Shown piece by piece: positions 49,447-59,507 of a DNA stretch of 64,000 nucleotides. The notes beneath the pieces are model-generated. The model had not been told where the DNA came from. It saw nothing but the letters and a program-made list of their open reading frames with translations, and made no database searches. The position numbers and the translations under genes are program-made. This DNA is from a virus (lineage: Duplodnaviria; Caudoviricetes). How positions within the stretch are numbered: the stretch's first letter is position 1; the number at the start of each line of letters is the position of its first letter. The stretch covers positions 539 through 64,538 of IMG/VR virus record IMGVR_UViG_3300049825_000745. One strand, 5' to 3'.

Positions 49447-52019
49447 TGGCCGTTTTAGACGTTACGATTCGCGTCGGAATAAAACCCCCAGTTGCGGTAA
49501 TCTCGACCACAATTTTGCCAGTCTCAGGCAACGCCTATGTGACTCAAAATGGGATTTCGGGGAAATTCACTTGGGAGGGGATTGAGTATACCTGGGTTGA
49601 GCGCAAAAAATACACATTCAATGCGGGAAAAGCTCCAGTCGTCTCGGATTGCAGCATTGGCGAAACGTTCACAATCTACAACTCAACGCTTAAATACCGA
49701 GTGGACGCGCTACAGATCACCCTGATCGAAGGAGCTGATCTGTTTGTCAATGAAATTATTGATGGAATCGGCGCTACGCCTCCAAAAGAGCTTCCAGAAG
49801 GCCATGCTTGGATCAAATCGATTATTGCGGGCGGTGCGTTCTCGTTGATCAAAAACGTCAACGGGACACGGATCGAGTATCCCCTAATCGCTGGGTCCAC
49901 AATGGTGATCGACGGGCGGATCAATTTTTACAATGGGGTCTCGATTGAGCTAGTTGATCGCCCCTATGAGGTGCGAGCCTGTGCGATCAAAAATATTGAT
50001 ATTCAGAATTTCGCCACAGCGACAGTGGCGGGGACGCTCCCCCTAATCGATAGAGTGTTTAATGATCCTATCCAATTCACCGCCAATCAATTAATTCTTA
50101 CGTTAGCGTTAGTCGCTCAGATAGACGAGAGGGAAAACGGGATTTATCGTCTATCAATCCGGGTGGGTCAAGTTCCCCAAATTGTCCGGGTATCTCAGTA
50201 CTCGAGCGGGAGACAGTTCCGCGAGGGGGTTGAGACATTTTTTGTAGCTTTAGGCGATATCTGGGGTGGGCGAATTTTTGCGTTCGTGAAAAAAACCCAC
50301 GTGCCGGGAAACATCGTCATGACGATCGGCACGGATCCAATTGTGCCGATCGTGATGGTCCCCAATCAAGCGGATCTAATGGCGGCAACAAGAACGCTTC
50401 AAGACGCGATCGCACTTAAAGCCGATAACGCCGACCTGACCGCTGCTGTCACTCAAATTGAGTCAGCGTTTAATGACCTAGACCTAACAAAAGCAGACAA
50501 AGCCGACTTGACAGCGGCGAATAAAGCCATCTCGGATCTGACCGCAGCTTTAGCCAGTAACACCGCCACAGACGCAGAGATTAACGCGGCGATGACGGCT
50601 GCCAATGATGCGATCGCCGCGTTGCAGGTAAAAACAGACGGACTGAAACCCGAAGTCACCGAGGTTTTAGCGCGCTCAGTTGCTGACCTATCGGGACGGG
50701 TGACAGCGGCTGAAACGGCAATCACAGAAATTAGAACAATTGCATCGTCTGCGATCGCTGAATGGTCTCCAGACATCCCCTACAAAACGGGGAATAAAGT
50801 TCTTTGGAAAGATGCCTTTTTTAAGGCATTAAAAGACAACTTAAAAATAGACCCATCCACAGATAAAGCTTCAAACTGGGTTCAATTTATTCCTGGTCAA
50901 GTTAATGATATTTTTGCCAATCGTTCGCCCATTGCTACCGATAATCAGCCTGCTGGAATTCGTTGGCATGACACCAGCTTTGGCCCCAATACCCTAGATT
51001 TCGTAAGCCTTGGCGGTGGCGTCTGGCAATTTCTAAACGCAATCACCCTGACTAAAATTCGATTTCATGTTAGTGGGTATGGTACGACATTTAGATCAAA
51101 GGTAACTAATTTAGCCTTTCTAAAGCCGGATGGTACCGCAATCCCTAACGGTCATTTTGTGTGGGGTGCTAGCTCCGGTGTGACCGTGCCCCTTGCAGGG
51201 ACTGCCTACGCTCTTCAGCAAATCAATTGCAGTGGGAACCGTTCGGGATGGGCGGATATAGAGCCTAATGCAAGTTTCGACACAACCGTAAGCATTTCCA
51301 AAATTACAGGCGGCGGTGAGTATAGCTCACTCGTCAAGATCGAGTTTCATTTCTCGAACGGGGGAATCAAAACCTACACAGGAGGGGCGAATCCAAACTA
51401 CGGGACAATGGATCCGCCTCAGCCCGCTCGATATGGCGATAGTGTTGCAGCGCTGCAAGGCGAGGTACTGACCGCAATCAAACTAGCCGATCCAGCAAAC
51501 CTCGATCCAGGCCGCATTACCGGAAAGGCATTTAATCAGGCATGGCTCGCTACCTACCGTCAGTACAGCCAGTTAATCACTCAGCACGATTTCGGTGTAA
51601 CAACGCCTGAGCCATTGTTTGCACCGTTCGCCCATCTTGAGGGCGGCGCAGGCTACACGATGGACGCGGCAGACTTTACATCTGACTTTACAAGTCTCAT
51701 CACCAACACGACCGACGCGGCAATCTCCGGACTGACTTTCACAGGGTTCGATGGGGTGTTCTTGGTTGATGGTGGCGATCGGACTGATTTCGTAGGGCCG
51801 CTCACGGTACCAGCCAACAAATGGACTCAGGTGACGGTGACGGTGACGGTTAACGGGCCTACCAAGTGGGTTAATCTCTACCCATCCCCAGTGCAGCAAA
51901 TCGGGGTTGGTAGCGCGCTGCCATTAGATAGCAGCGTGTACAAACTGTTTTTGCTAGAAGGTCACGCCACGCTCCCTAATGGGCTATGGCGCTGGGATGG
52001 GGTTTGGATTCACGGATGA
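49446..52019 (+). CDS. Putative fibre protein (coiled coil plus carbohydrate-binding-like module)
   Basis: ENGIY motif, KAD heptad stalk, EWSPDIPYKTGNKVLWKDAFFKA (CBM5/12-like). Confidence 0.6.
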   Translation: MAVLDVTIRVGIKPPVAVISTTILPVSGNAYVTQNGISGKFTWEGIEYTWVERKKYTFNAGKAPVVSDCSIGETFTIYNSTLKYRVDALQITLIEGADLFVNEIIDGIGATPPKELPEGHAWIKSIIAGGAFSLIKNVNGTRIEYPLIAGSTMVIDGRINFYNGVSIELVDRPYEVRACAIKNIDIQNFATATVAGTLPLIDRVFNDPIQFTANQLILTLALVAQIDERENGIYRLSIRVGQVPQIVRVSQYSSGRQFREGVETFFVALGDIWGGRIFAFVKKTHVPGNIVMTIGTDPIVPIVMVPNQADLMAATRTLQDAIALKADNADLTAAVTQIESAFNDLDLTKADKADLTAANKAISDLTAALASNTATDAEINAAMTAANDAIAALQVKTDGLKPEVTEVLARSVADLSGRVTAAETAITEIRTIASSAIAEWSPDIPYKTGNKVLWKDAFFKALKDNLKIDPSTDKASNWVQFIPGQVNDIFANRSPIATDNQPAGIRWHDTSFGPNTLDFVSLGGGVWQFLNAITLTKIRFHVSGYGTTFRSKVTNLAFLKPDGTAIPNGHFVWGASSGVTVPLAGTAYALQQINCSGNRSGWADIEPNASFDTTVSISKITGGGEYSSLVKIEFHFSNGGIKTYTGGANPNYGTMDPPQPARYGDSVAALQGEVLTAIKLADPANLDPGRITGKAFNQAWLATYRQYSQLITQHDFGVTTPEPLFAPFAHLEGGAGYTMDAADFTSDFTSLITNTTDAAISGLTFTGFDGVFLVDGGDRTDFVGPLTVPANKWTQVTVTVTVNGPTKWVNLYPSPVQQIGVGSALPLDSSVYKLFLLEGHATLPNGLWRWDGVWIHG

Positions 52020-53200
52020 ACAATTGATTCAATAATCCTTTGTGCAAAAAGAACAGGAACCGCATTGCCAATAGCCCTACAGTTCTTCCCCGCAGACTTC
52101 CCCCACGCATAACTATCAGGGAACGACTGCAAACGCGCCAAGCAGCGATAGTCCAATGCCCTGACATCAGCAGACTCTAGGAGCGCCGTGATAGGGCTAC
52201 GGAAGCCCCCGCGCTCATCACAACCTACTGAAGCGCGAATTGTTTGCGATGGTTCATCGCTTTGGCGCGTGATTGGATCGCGATCGCCATAGCCTGTACG
52301 TTCGATGATGACGGCACGGGCAACTTGGCGATCAGTACTTGCCGTAATTGTATTGGATGGTTCATGTGGGTTGAGTAAAGTGCAATAACGACTGGGCGAG
52401 CCTTTCCCCTCAACCAGCACAGCCGCAGGCTTGCTCTGAGTTGTTATTATTCCTATGGGTAATTCATCTGCTCGTCCAATCGCACCATTTGACCCCATAT
52501 ATTCACTGCTAACAGCCAACCCTTTCAAAATATCTCCGTACCAACCTTTATTCTCCAGCGCCTGTATTTGACGTTCTGTGAGATGCGATGGTTTGCAGGA
52601 TGGTAAAAGGTCGAAGATTGCGTTGTACCAGCCATTCCATGGCTTCCACCATAGCCCACCTGTCTTTGAATGTGTTTGAGATAGGTTTCCAAGTGGATCA
52701 CGGCTAGCTCGAAGGATTAAGCGATGACGGTTCTGAGGAAGTCCCCAATCAGCGGCATCATATACGTCAGAGTGGATGTTGTAGCCCAAGCTTTGAAGTT
52801 CTAAAAAAATCCTTTCAAATGATTCAGAGCCCACATACCCGCGCACATTCTCTAGTGCAAAATAGCGCGGTTTTTTGGCATAAATAATATCAGCGATTTT
52901 CTTCGCTTGTGCAATATCTTCGAGCGTTTCAACCCCATCAGTTTTAGCGCTGCTAAAGCTTGGGCAAGGAGGAGACCCCCACAAAAAATCAAAATCAGGC
53001 AGTTGCTCAATAGGCGTATCTAAAATTGACTCATGCCGAATGCCATCGCCAAAGTTTTTTCGATGAAGATCGACACAATAACCATCGATTTCAATGCCGC
53101 CCACCGACTCAAGTCCTTCGGCTTCAGCGCCCAAGCAGGCACCTCCCGCACCAGAATGCGTTGAAAAAAAAGAAAATTTGGGCATAAGGTTAACTGACAT
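52010..53200 (-). CDS. DNA cytosine-C5 methyltransferase
   Basis: HSGAGG (I), GSPPCPSFS (IV), LENVRG (VI), PQNRHR (VIII), RLQSFPD (IX), IGNAVP (X). Confidence 0.95.
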   Translation of the reverse strand: MSVNLMPKFSFFSTHSGAGGACLGAEAEGLESVGGIEIDGYCVDLHRKNFGDGIRHESILDTPIEQLPDFDFLWGSPPCPSFSSAKTDGVETLEDIAQAKKIADIIYAKKPRYFALENVRGYVGSESFERIFLELQSLGYNIHSDVYDAADWGLPQNRHRLILRASRDPLGNLSQTHSKTGGLWWKPWNGWYNAIFDLLPSCKPSHLTERQIQALENKGWYGDILKGLAVSSEYMGSNGAIGRADELPIGIITTQSKPAAVLVEGKGSPSRYCTLLNPHEPSNTITASTDRQVARAVIIERTGYGDRDPITRQSDEPSQTIRASVGCDERGGFRSPITALLESADVRALDYRCLARLQSFPDSYAWGKSAGKNCRAIGNAVPVLFAQRIIESIVHP

Positions 53201-53235
53201 TTTGACTACTACCTATAGGAATTACACGGATTTTT

Positions 53236-53808
53236 TCAGGTGTAAGAAGCTCGACGCTTCCGCATGTATTCGCGCTGATACGCTGTCTTGTCAAACGTTT
53301 TAGGCTTTGCACAAATCCGCACATCGCCTAGATCTTTCCAATACCGCTTAAACCAGTCTTGGCGATCGCCAAAGTAAAATACAACCGAGGGAAACGGCGC
53401 TGAGTCTTGAGGGATCCGATTGGCATCCGCGAATTTAATGCGCTGCGACAAATAGACCCGTGAGTACCCGTCTAAAGATCGCGTCCATTTAGTATCAGTC
53501 CGACTAGGCACCAAAAATAATCCTTCGGAAAAATGGCTTTGTTCATACTCGGTTTTGATTTTGTCTGCCCATTTGAGCAAACCATTACCGTAAGGTGGAT
53601 TACAAAACACCTTGCCAAACCATGGCAGGCTAAGACCGTCCATTGCTTGGGTATAGTGGCAGTCAGCAAAGACCGTAGGGTTTTCCAAAGTGCTTGAGCA
53701 CGGGTCGAGGTTGACCGTGCCCAAGAAGGCGTAAACATGCGCCAAGAATTCAAGCGGCGTATAATGCTCGTTGGTCTTAGAGGTGAGGCAAGCATCAATA
53801 TTAGGCAT
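53236..53808 (-). CDS. Phage N6-adenine DNA methyltransferase (Dam-like)
   Basis: HYTP, LDPCSS, DGLSLPW.G.VFCNPPY, LVPSRTDT.W. Confidence 0.9.
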   Translation of the reverse strand: MPNIDACLTSKTNEHYTPLEFLAHVYAFLGTVNLDPCSSTLENPTVFADCHYTQAMDGLSLPWFGKVFCNPPYGNGLLKWADKIKTEYEQSHFSEGLFLVPSRTDTKWTRSLDGYSRVYLSQRIKFADANRIPQDSAPFPSVVFYFGDRQDWFKRYWKDLGDVRICAKPKTFDKTAYQREYMRKRRASYT

Positions 53809-54163
53809 TGTTCAACCACCGCAAAAAACGATTCATGTCCATCGCGCCTAGAAAGATTTCGTCAGGAGACTGGGCAAACAGCCATTTTAGAGCCCCAATA
53901 CTCCACCCTCCGCCAGCTACAATCAAGTAAGTGGGCATTTTATGGCATCGCTTGATCTGTTCAACTGCATAAACCAGCTTTTGGTCAACAGAACCAGGTA
54001 CATCCTGGTACTTAACCTCAAAGCAAAACTTTTCAGGTACAACGAAATCAGGGATGATTTTTTGCCCGTAAAGACCAACCCAGCTCAATTCCTTTTGCTG
54101 AGGCTGGACAGACTCAAACTTAATCATCAAAAGCGATTCAATGACTTTTTCGAAATGATGCAT
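53801..54163 (-). CDS. PD-(D/E)XK nuclease
   Basis: IPDFVV...FEVKYQDVPGSVDQKL. Confidence 0.8.
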   Translation of the reverse strand: MHHFEKVIESLLMIKFESVQPQQKELSWVGLYGQKIIPDFVVPEKFCFEVKYQDVPGSVDQKLVYAVEQIKRCHKMPTYLIVAGGGWSIGALKWLFAQSPDEIFLGAMDMNRFLRWLNNA

Positions 54164-54248
54164 ACTTAGTTAGCGTTGTTAGTGTGTTAGACAAGCTTAG
54201 TCTAACAATCCCGTAGTTGTCAATCTTAGCCCTCTTGGAGGTCAACCC

Positions 54249-55019
54249 ATGCCCATTGCCGCCCCCACCGCAACAGGCCAAAAGCAGAAGATCGGAGTGC
54301 AGGACTATATCAGTGCTGCTGACGGCGCTCGGTTTGTGCTGCTTCGGACTGACCCCGATCCGGTGGACACCAAGCCGCTAGAGGATGCGATCGCCCTCCT
54401 TGCCACGAACGAAGCCGCAGACGATAAAACGGTAGAAGCCCTCGACAAATTAGTCAAAGCCATTGACCTAAAACCATTGGGCGATCGCGTTACAGCTCTT
54501 GAATCCAAACCCGTAGTCACTACGGATACGGTTATCTCGGACGACGACCCGACTGACGGAGACTGGAAGCACTGGTTTAAGCGACTTTACGACCGAACCG
54601 CATGGAAGATGGCGGTGATCCACTACGTGCAGATCCTCAAGGGGGAAGCGTGGGCCATGAACGCGGCGGACTGGCGAGATATGGCACCTCCGACGCATGA
54701 GATTGCCGCTGAGTTGAGTCCGGGTCGATTTCAGATTACGCTACCAGGTGGTGCTGTTTTTAGCTACGAGACAGGACGAGGCCAAATCCTTGATGGGCTA
54801 GAGTTTCCAGCGGACGTTTATATAGGTGCTCAAACAGAGTACCGTGATGCAGCGGGGGATCTAATCAACCGCACAGCTCGATACCAATCAATTGCACCTG
54901 GAAGTGTTGCGTTAGGAATGGGGCGGTTGGATGCCCCTGCCAATGCTGTAACGGTTGCGGTTATTTTGATCAAACCGGACAATAGTCAAGTTCGGTATCG
55001 GTACCCGTTGCAACCTTAG
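54249..55019 (+). CDS. Putative virion-associated protein
   Basis: GGAGG RBS; short coiled coil; stop TAG lies in the TTAG target of copy 2. Confidence 0.55.
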   Translation: MPIAAPTATGQKQKIGVQDYISAADGARFVLLRTDPDPVDTKPLEDAIALLATNEAADDKTVEALDKLVKAIDLKPLGDRVTALESKPVVTTDTVISDDDPTDGDWKHWFKRLYDRTAWKMAVIHYVQILKGEAWAMNAADWRDMAPPTHEIAAELSPGRFQITLPGGAVFSYETGRGQILDGLEFPADVYIGAQTEYRDAAGDLINRTARYQSIAPGSVALGMGRLDAPANAVTVAVILIKPDNSQVRYRYPLQP

Positions 55020-55335
55020 CTTGAATAGCAGAAGCCCCGCACCCTACCCACCGGATGGGTGTCGGGATGAATGATAAGTGAGTTGACAATTGCCCACCCG
55101 ACGAGACGAACAATGAGTGCAAGATTTTTGATATAATCTATATGTGTTGTACACCAATGCCATAAGCGAAAACCAAGCTAACAGGTATGTGTCCAAGCAA
55201 AGATTTGAGTCTTGGGAACCAGGACTCCTGCCCTTGGAGGGTATGTAAGACCAAACGGACTACGGAGTCTTGGCGGCAATGCCCGTTGAATTGGGAAGCC
55301 CACACTGTACCGAAGGTCAGTGTGTGGTAGTTCAC
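55020..55335 (+). mobile_element. IS605-derived omega/reRNA cassette copy 2 (316 bp, complete with left-end hairpin)
   Basis: TTAG|CTTGAATAGCAGAAGCCCCGCACCC...GGGTGTCGGGATGAA (left end), then the 253-bp unit of copy 1, ending TTCAC|AGGAG. Confidence 0.9.
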
Positions 55336-55348
55336 AGGAGATCGCATC

Positions 55349-55648
55349 ATGAACAACCCCATAGTCGGAACCACGTACAGGCACTGGAAAGGCGACTTAT
55401 ATAGGGCAATTGGCTTTATCCTTATCAAGAACAACTTTCGCGAAGGCATGGCGATCAAAACTGAGTTTGGTTATGCCATTTGCAGTACGCCATTAGCGCC
55501 AGGAGACGAGGCATTTGTCTATCAGTCCGAGGATGGAGAAAAGTTTGTCCGCACGCGCGAGAGTTTTGCCGAGGTACTTGGGGACAAGGATGAGGGGACA
55601 ATGTACTATCAATTTCAACGAATTATGGAAGAGGCGATCGCCCCATGA
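55349..55648 (+). CDS. DUF1653-like protein
   Basis: YRHWKGDLY...VYQS...FVR..ESF; AGGAG RBS. Confidence 0.7.
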   Translation: MNNPIVGTTYRHWKGDLYRAIGFILIKNNFREGMAIKTEFGYAICSTPLAPGDEAFVYQSEDGEKFVRTRESFAEVLGDKDEGTMYYQFQRIMEEAIAP

Positions 55649-56601
55649 GAATTACTCCTTACCTCCCTCCAACAGTTGCGCCTGCAACCCCGGCAGACCT
55701 CACAGATATCAACGCCAAGATTGCGGCGCTGGAAGCAGGTGAAGCCGATGACGCAACTATTGCAGCACTGGAAGCAGTGCGTGATGCAATTCCCAATATT
55801 TCGCCACTACTGGACAAACTGGCAACCCCCCGCGATTGGGTGCCTGGAGAGGACGTAAAGGCAGGCTATCAGCGATATCACTATATCCACGATACGGGTT
55901 TGATGGTTGCCCCCTACACCAACTTTACCCGTGTGCAGGTACTGGTTGAGTCAATCTCAGATCGCAAGACTAGCACTACTTTCGACGGGCCGGAGGCTGC
56001 CCAGTGGAAGTACTTAAGCCAAAATCGTGTTGGCGCTTACCTGGGCGGGGAGGTTGTAGTAAAAAGCTACCGCCACCGGGCACCGGATGGGAAAATTTAC
56101 GAAGCTGTGGACAATGGCGGCATTAGATCTACTTTTCTAGCTAGCGAGTGGAAGGAAGTTTCTGCGCAGCCTGAAACAACGCCTTGGGCGCTATCTGCTG
56201 ACATCCCATCAGTTAATCTTGCCGATTGGACAAACACGGGCCGCAACACAGTTTTGAATATTCTTGTCCCTAATCGGGCATGCGCAAAACTTGATACGCT
56301 ATCTTTCCGCCTATTTGATAGACGTGGCGGCAATCTTGCAACTCGAACTAAAAATATTACGGTTGTTGCTACTGACTTCTCCTACACGCCTAGCAATGGC
56401 TGGGCTGCATGGGTTGATAATTCATTCCCTGCTGCAATCTGGAAAGATTTTACAATGTCCGATGGGTCTGTCTATCGGATTCACTTGCATTTCATGGCTG
56501 TTCCAAATGGGCTGGCTATCTCGTTCCGTGACTCCCACGGCGGTCAAGAAAATACTTATGGCGCAGTGGATACAATTAAGGCCACTTTTGTGAAAGCTTG
56601 A
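55645..56601 (+). CDS. Putative virion/fibre-associated protein
   Basis: ATGA-coupled; coiled coil followed by W/Y-spaced beta modules. Confidence 0.5.
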   Translation: MRITPYLPPTVAPATPADLTDINAKIAALEAGEADDATIAALEAVRDAIPNISPLLDKLATPRDWVPGEDVKAGYQRYHYIHDTGLMVAPYTNFTRVQVLVESISDRKTSTTFDGPEAAQWKYLSQNRVGAYLGGEVVVKSYRHRAPDGKIYEAVDNGGIRSTFLASEWKEVSAQPETTPWALSADIPSVNLADWTNTGRNTVLNILVPNRACAKLDTLSFRLFDRRGGNLATRTKNITVVATDFSYTPSNGWAAWVDNSFPAAIWKDFTMSDGSVYRIHLHFMAVPNGLAISFRDSHGGQENTYGAVDTIKATFVKA

Positions 56602-56602
56602 C

Positions 56603-56647
56603 CAAAGACCTCGGATGCAAACCCCGCACTTCAGGGCGGCTTTTTAT
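56603..56647 (+). mobile_element. Orphan TTGAC-type IS605 left-end-like sequence
   Basis: TTGAC|CAAAGACCTCGGATGCAAACCCCGCACTTCAGGGCGG; upstream gene's TGA lies within TTGAC. Confidence 0.45.
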
Positions 56648-56866
56648 TTGGGTTTGTGCTGCAAAGGTTTTGAGCTTAGCGATCACCCCAGGTGTCCCCA
56701 CCTGTCAGGGCGATCGCTATCACAGTAATGAAAACTGGACAATATTGCTCTTATTGGCCCACTATGCTGTGGACGGCTTTATCGTGTAAACTTAAATCGG
56801 ACATGCTTTTGTACCACCATACAAGAGTGTGTCCACCCATTATAACCACTCATTGCGCGGCATCAG

Positions 56867-57550
56867 ATGACGCAGGTTAAGATTGTCGGGAAACTAAAAC
56901 ATAGTCATGGTGTCCCGCTAGAGGGGAATAGCTGGCCCTCTGCAACCATCCTCGTTAATTTCCACGGCTACAGCCAAACCGCCACAGAGCAACGCCCGTC
57001 TGACCGCGCACCCATCACTACAAACCCAGACGGGACTTGGCAGTATTACGCGTGGCGTAACTCGGATGGGGATTACTCCTCGTTTTATACCTTCAAATTC
57101 CCGGACATTGACCCAAGAGATCCAAGCCCACCCATCAAGATAGTCGTAAAAGCTACCACGCCGGATACAGTTGAATTTAGCCAGTTGGCATTAGACTCTA
57201 CACCGCCAGACGCGCCAAGCTATCCCTCGCTGATTGCAATTATTAATGATCGCCTTGCGGCAAGCGGGGTGGCGTTTCCGGCGGGGGGAACGGTGGGGCA
57301 AACGTTGGTTGTGACGCAAGAGACGCCGCGATTGGTGGGATGGGGGAATGTTGCAAATAACGCCCCTCTCAAGTTTGACCAAGCCACCAACTCCGCTGAA
57401 TGGCTATGGAATCACAACCTAGGCTACAGGCCCAAGCCGCAAGTCTATAATTTGGCATGGCAAGAAATCGACGCTGAGGTTGTCCATAATTCGGACAACC
57501 AGCTTAGAGTTCGCGTGAATCCACCTGGGCAAGGTTACATATTAATTTAG
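56867..57550 (+). CDS. Putative virion structural protein
   Basis: PAGGTVGQTL; WLWNHNLGYRP...V.H C-terminal module. Confidence 0.6.
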   Translation: MTQVKIVGKLKHSHGVPLEGNSWPSATILVNFHGYSQTATEQRPSDRAPITTNPDGTWQYYAWRNSDGDYSSFYTFKFPDIDPRDPSPPIKIVVKATTPDTVEFSQLALDSTPPDAPSYPSLIAIINDRLAASGVAFPAGGTVGQTLVVTQETPRLVGWGNVANNAPLKFDQATNSAEWLWNHNLGYRPKPQVYNLAWQEIDAEVVHNSDNQLRVRVNPPGQGYILI

Positions 57551-57560
57551 GAGATTTTTA

Positions 57561-58379
57561 ATGTCCAAGCCAATTTCTCAGGATTATGATTTTCAGGGCG
57601 TCAATCGTCTTCTCAATGTTCCCGCCTCGACTGCGGCTGGTCAGGTTGTTATCCACGAACAGTTGCTAGCTGCTATCGAGGGGCTAGGGTTTAAGGACAA
57701 CGTTCGCGTTCGCACAGCAAATAATATTAACCTTGCTGCGCCTGGGGCTACCCTTGACGGCATTGCAATGAATCCAGGAGATCGCTGGATTCCCGCTGGT
57801 CAAACCTTGCAAACTGAGAACGGGATTTATGTTTGGACAGGGGCCGCAACGCCAGCAACACGCGCCACAGACGCAAGCACCGCCGATGAACTAGAGTCTG
57901 CGATTGTTACCGTAGACGAAGGCACCAGCGCTGGGACTACATGGCGACAAAGTACGGTTGATTTTGTCCTTGGGACTGGAAACGTTGTTTGGACGCCGTT
58001 TGGGACGGGCACACCAGCCGCTTCAGAAACAATTGCAGGCGCTATTGAAATTGCAGATCAAACCACCGAAGCGGATGGTGGCACAGACGATACCCGCGCA
58101 ATGACGCCTAAGAAAGTCAGAAATCTTTCTTACCTAACCATTACCAAGAAATTTACAATAGGTGATGCAACAGCTACAAGCCACACGATCGCCCATAACT
58201 TTGGGACCAAAGATGTTGGCGTCTTAGTCCGCGAAGCCACGGGGTTAGAACGAGATATGGACTGCGAAATAAACCGAAACACTGCCAGCCCATTCAACAC
58301 GGTAATAGTTAAGGCAACCCCCGCGATCGCCCTTAATGGAGCAATTGTTTACGTCACTCGCTTAGGGATTGTGACTTAA
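57561..58379 (+). CDS. Putative head/tail fibre structural protein
   Basis: KDNVRVRT.NINL...LDG...GDR...QT..TENGIYVW...RATDA; HNFGTKDV. Confidence 0.7.
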   Translation: MSKPISQDYDFQGVNRLLNVPASTAAGQVVIHEQLLAAIEGLGFKDNVRVRTANNINLAAPGATLDGIAMNPGDRWIPAGQTLQTENGIYVWTGAATPATRATDASTADELESAIVTVDEGTSAGTTWRQSTVDFVLGTGNVVWTPFGTGTPAASETIAGAIEIADQTTEADGGTDDTRAMTPKKVRNLSYLTITKKFTIGDATATSHTIAHNFGTKDVGVLVREATGLERDMDCEINRNTASPFNTVIVKATPAIALNGAIVYVTRLGIVT

Positions 58380-58747
58380 TGCCCAAGCGGATTAATCAAG
58401 ACTATGATTTTCAGGGGAATCGAATTGGGGGATTACCTCAAGCGATCGCCCCTGGGCAAGCCTTAACTTATGAGCAATTAGGTGGTGGGGTAGCAACCGA
58501 ATCGGCAACTTTGACCTTGCTCACTCAATCCCAATCTCATGAGCAGGTATTTGCTCGACCAGGGACGCTGGCGACTCAATCGATTCGGGTATGGCTTGCC
58601 CCAACATTGCCCACCGACGATAATGATTTATGGCAGCTTGAAGGAGTGACGCTTTCCGCTCAGTGTAATGTTGATCAAATTACAGTTTTCTTTTCAAGTC
58701 AATTCAAAGAATTTGGCAATATCAAGATAAATTATCAGGTGCAGTAA
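58379..58747 (+). CDS. Structural protein sharing N-terminus with upstream gene
   Basis: I.QDYDFQG motif in both genes. Confidence 0.55.
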   Translation: MPKRINQDYDFQGNRIGGLPQAIAPGQALTYEQLGGGVATESATLTLLTQSQSHEQVFARPGTLATQSIRVWLAPTLPTDDNDLWQLEGVTLSAQCNVDQITVFFSSQFKEFGNIKINYQVQ

Positions 58748-59502
58748 TGGGCAATCTTACAACAACTCAGCTTGGCGGTTTTGGGAACCAACATCCTAGA
58801 GAAAATTTTAGGGCGACGGGTGTATTAGCAGCGCAAAATGCTGAAGTTGTACTATTCTGTGATGGTTGTTCAAGCTTTGCGATTGATCTGAGGGATACCT
58901 TTAACGCAACCTTTGAGGTGTCGGGAACGGTTGACGGGGCAAACTGGACACCTATCCCTGTGCTACCAGTCAACCAAGCTTCTAGGCTTTACGTTTTGAG
59001 CATCACAGGCTCGACACAAGGCGTCTGGGAGGGCAAGTGTTCCCTGTTCTGGAAAATCAGGGTTCGGTGTACGGCATATACTAGCGGGACGGCAATTGCT
59101 ACCATTAGTGCCAGTAATGGGATACTTGATGATTTGGCTAGATCCACCACTCCAGCTCTTGCTACCACTACGGGGGCGGCGGGGGCCGCTGTCACCCTCA
59201 CGATTCCCAATCCTGGGGCTGGGCTGAGAAATTACCTCACATTTTTATCCATTAATAGATTCGCTGCGGCATTACTAACAGCCGCAGCAACGCCTGTACT
59301 GGTAACAACGACCAACCTCCCTGGAGCTTTAGTTTTCAGCTTACCCGCAGAGGCAGCGGCACAAGGCACTTCTTTTCCAAATAGGGAAGATTTTGTACTG
59401 CCGCTTGCAAGCTCAGCTCAAAACACTGCAACGACAATTGTGGCCCCCGCAACCCCAAACGTAATTTGGCGTATGACCGCAGGGTATTTTGTTCAGAGTT
59501 GA
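58747..59502 (+). CDS. Putative virion structural protein
   Basis: FEVSGTVDGANW...IRVRCTAYTSG jelly-roll-like pattern. Confidence 0.55.
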   Translation: MGNLTTTQLGGFGNQHPRENFRATGVLAAQNAEVVLFCDGCSSFAIDLRDTFNATFEVSGTVDGANWTPIPVLPVNQASRLYVLSITGSTQGVWEGKCSLFWKIRVRCTAYTSGTAIATISASNGILDDLARSTTPALATTTGAAGAAVTLTIPNPGAGLRNYLTFLSINRFAAALLTAAATPVLVTTTNLPGALVFSLPAEAAAQGTSFPNREDFVLPLASSAQNTATTIVAPATPNVIWRMTAGYFVQS

Positions 59503-59507
59503 TCTTG

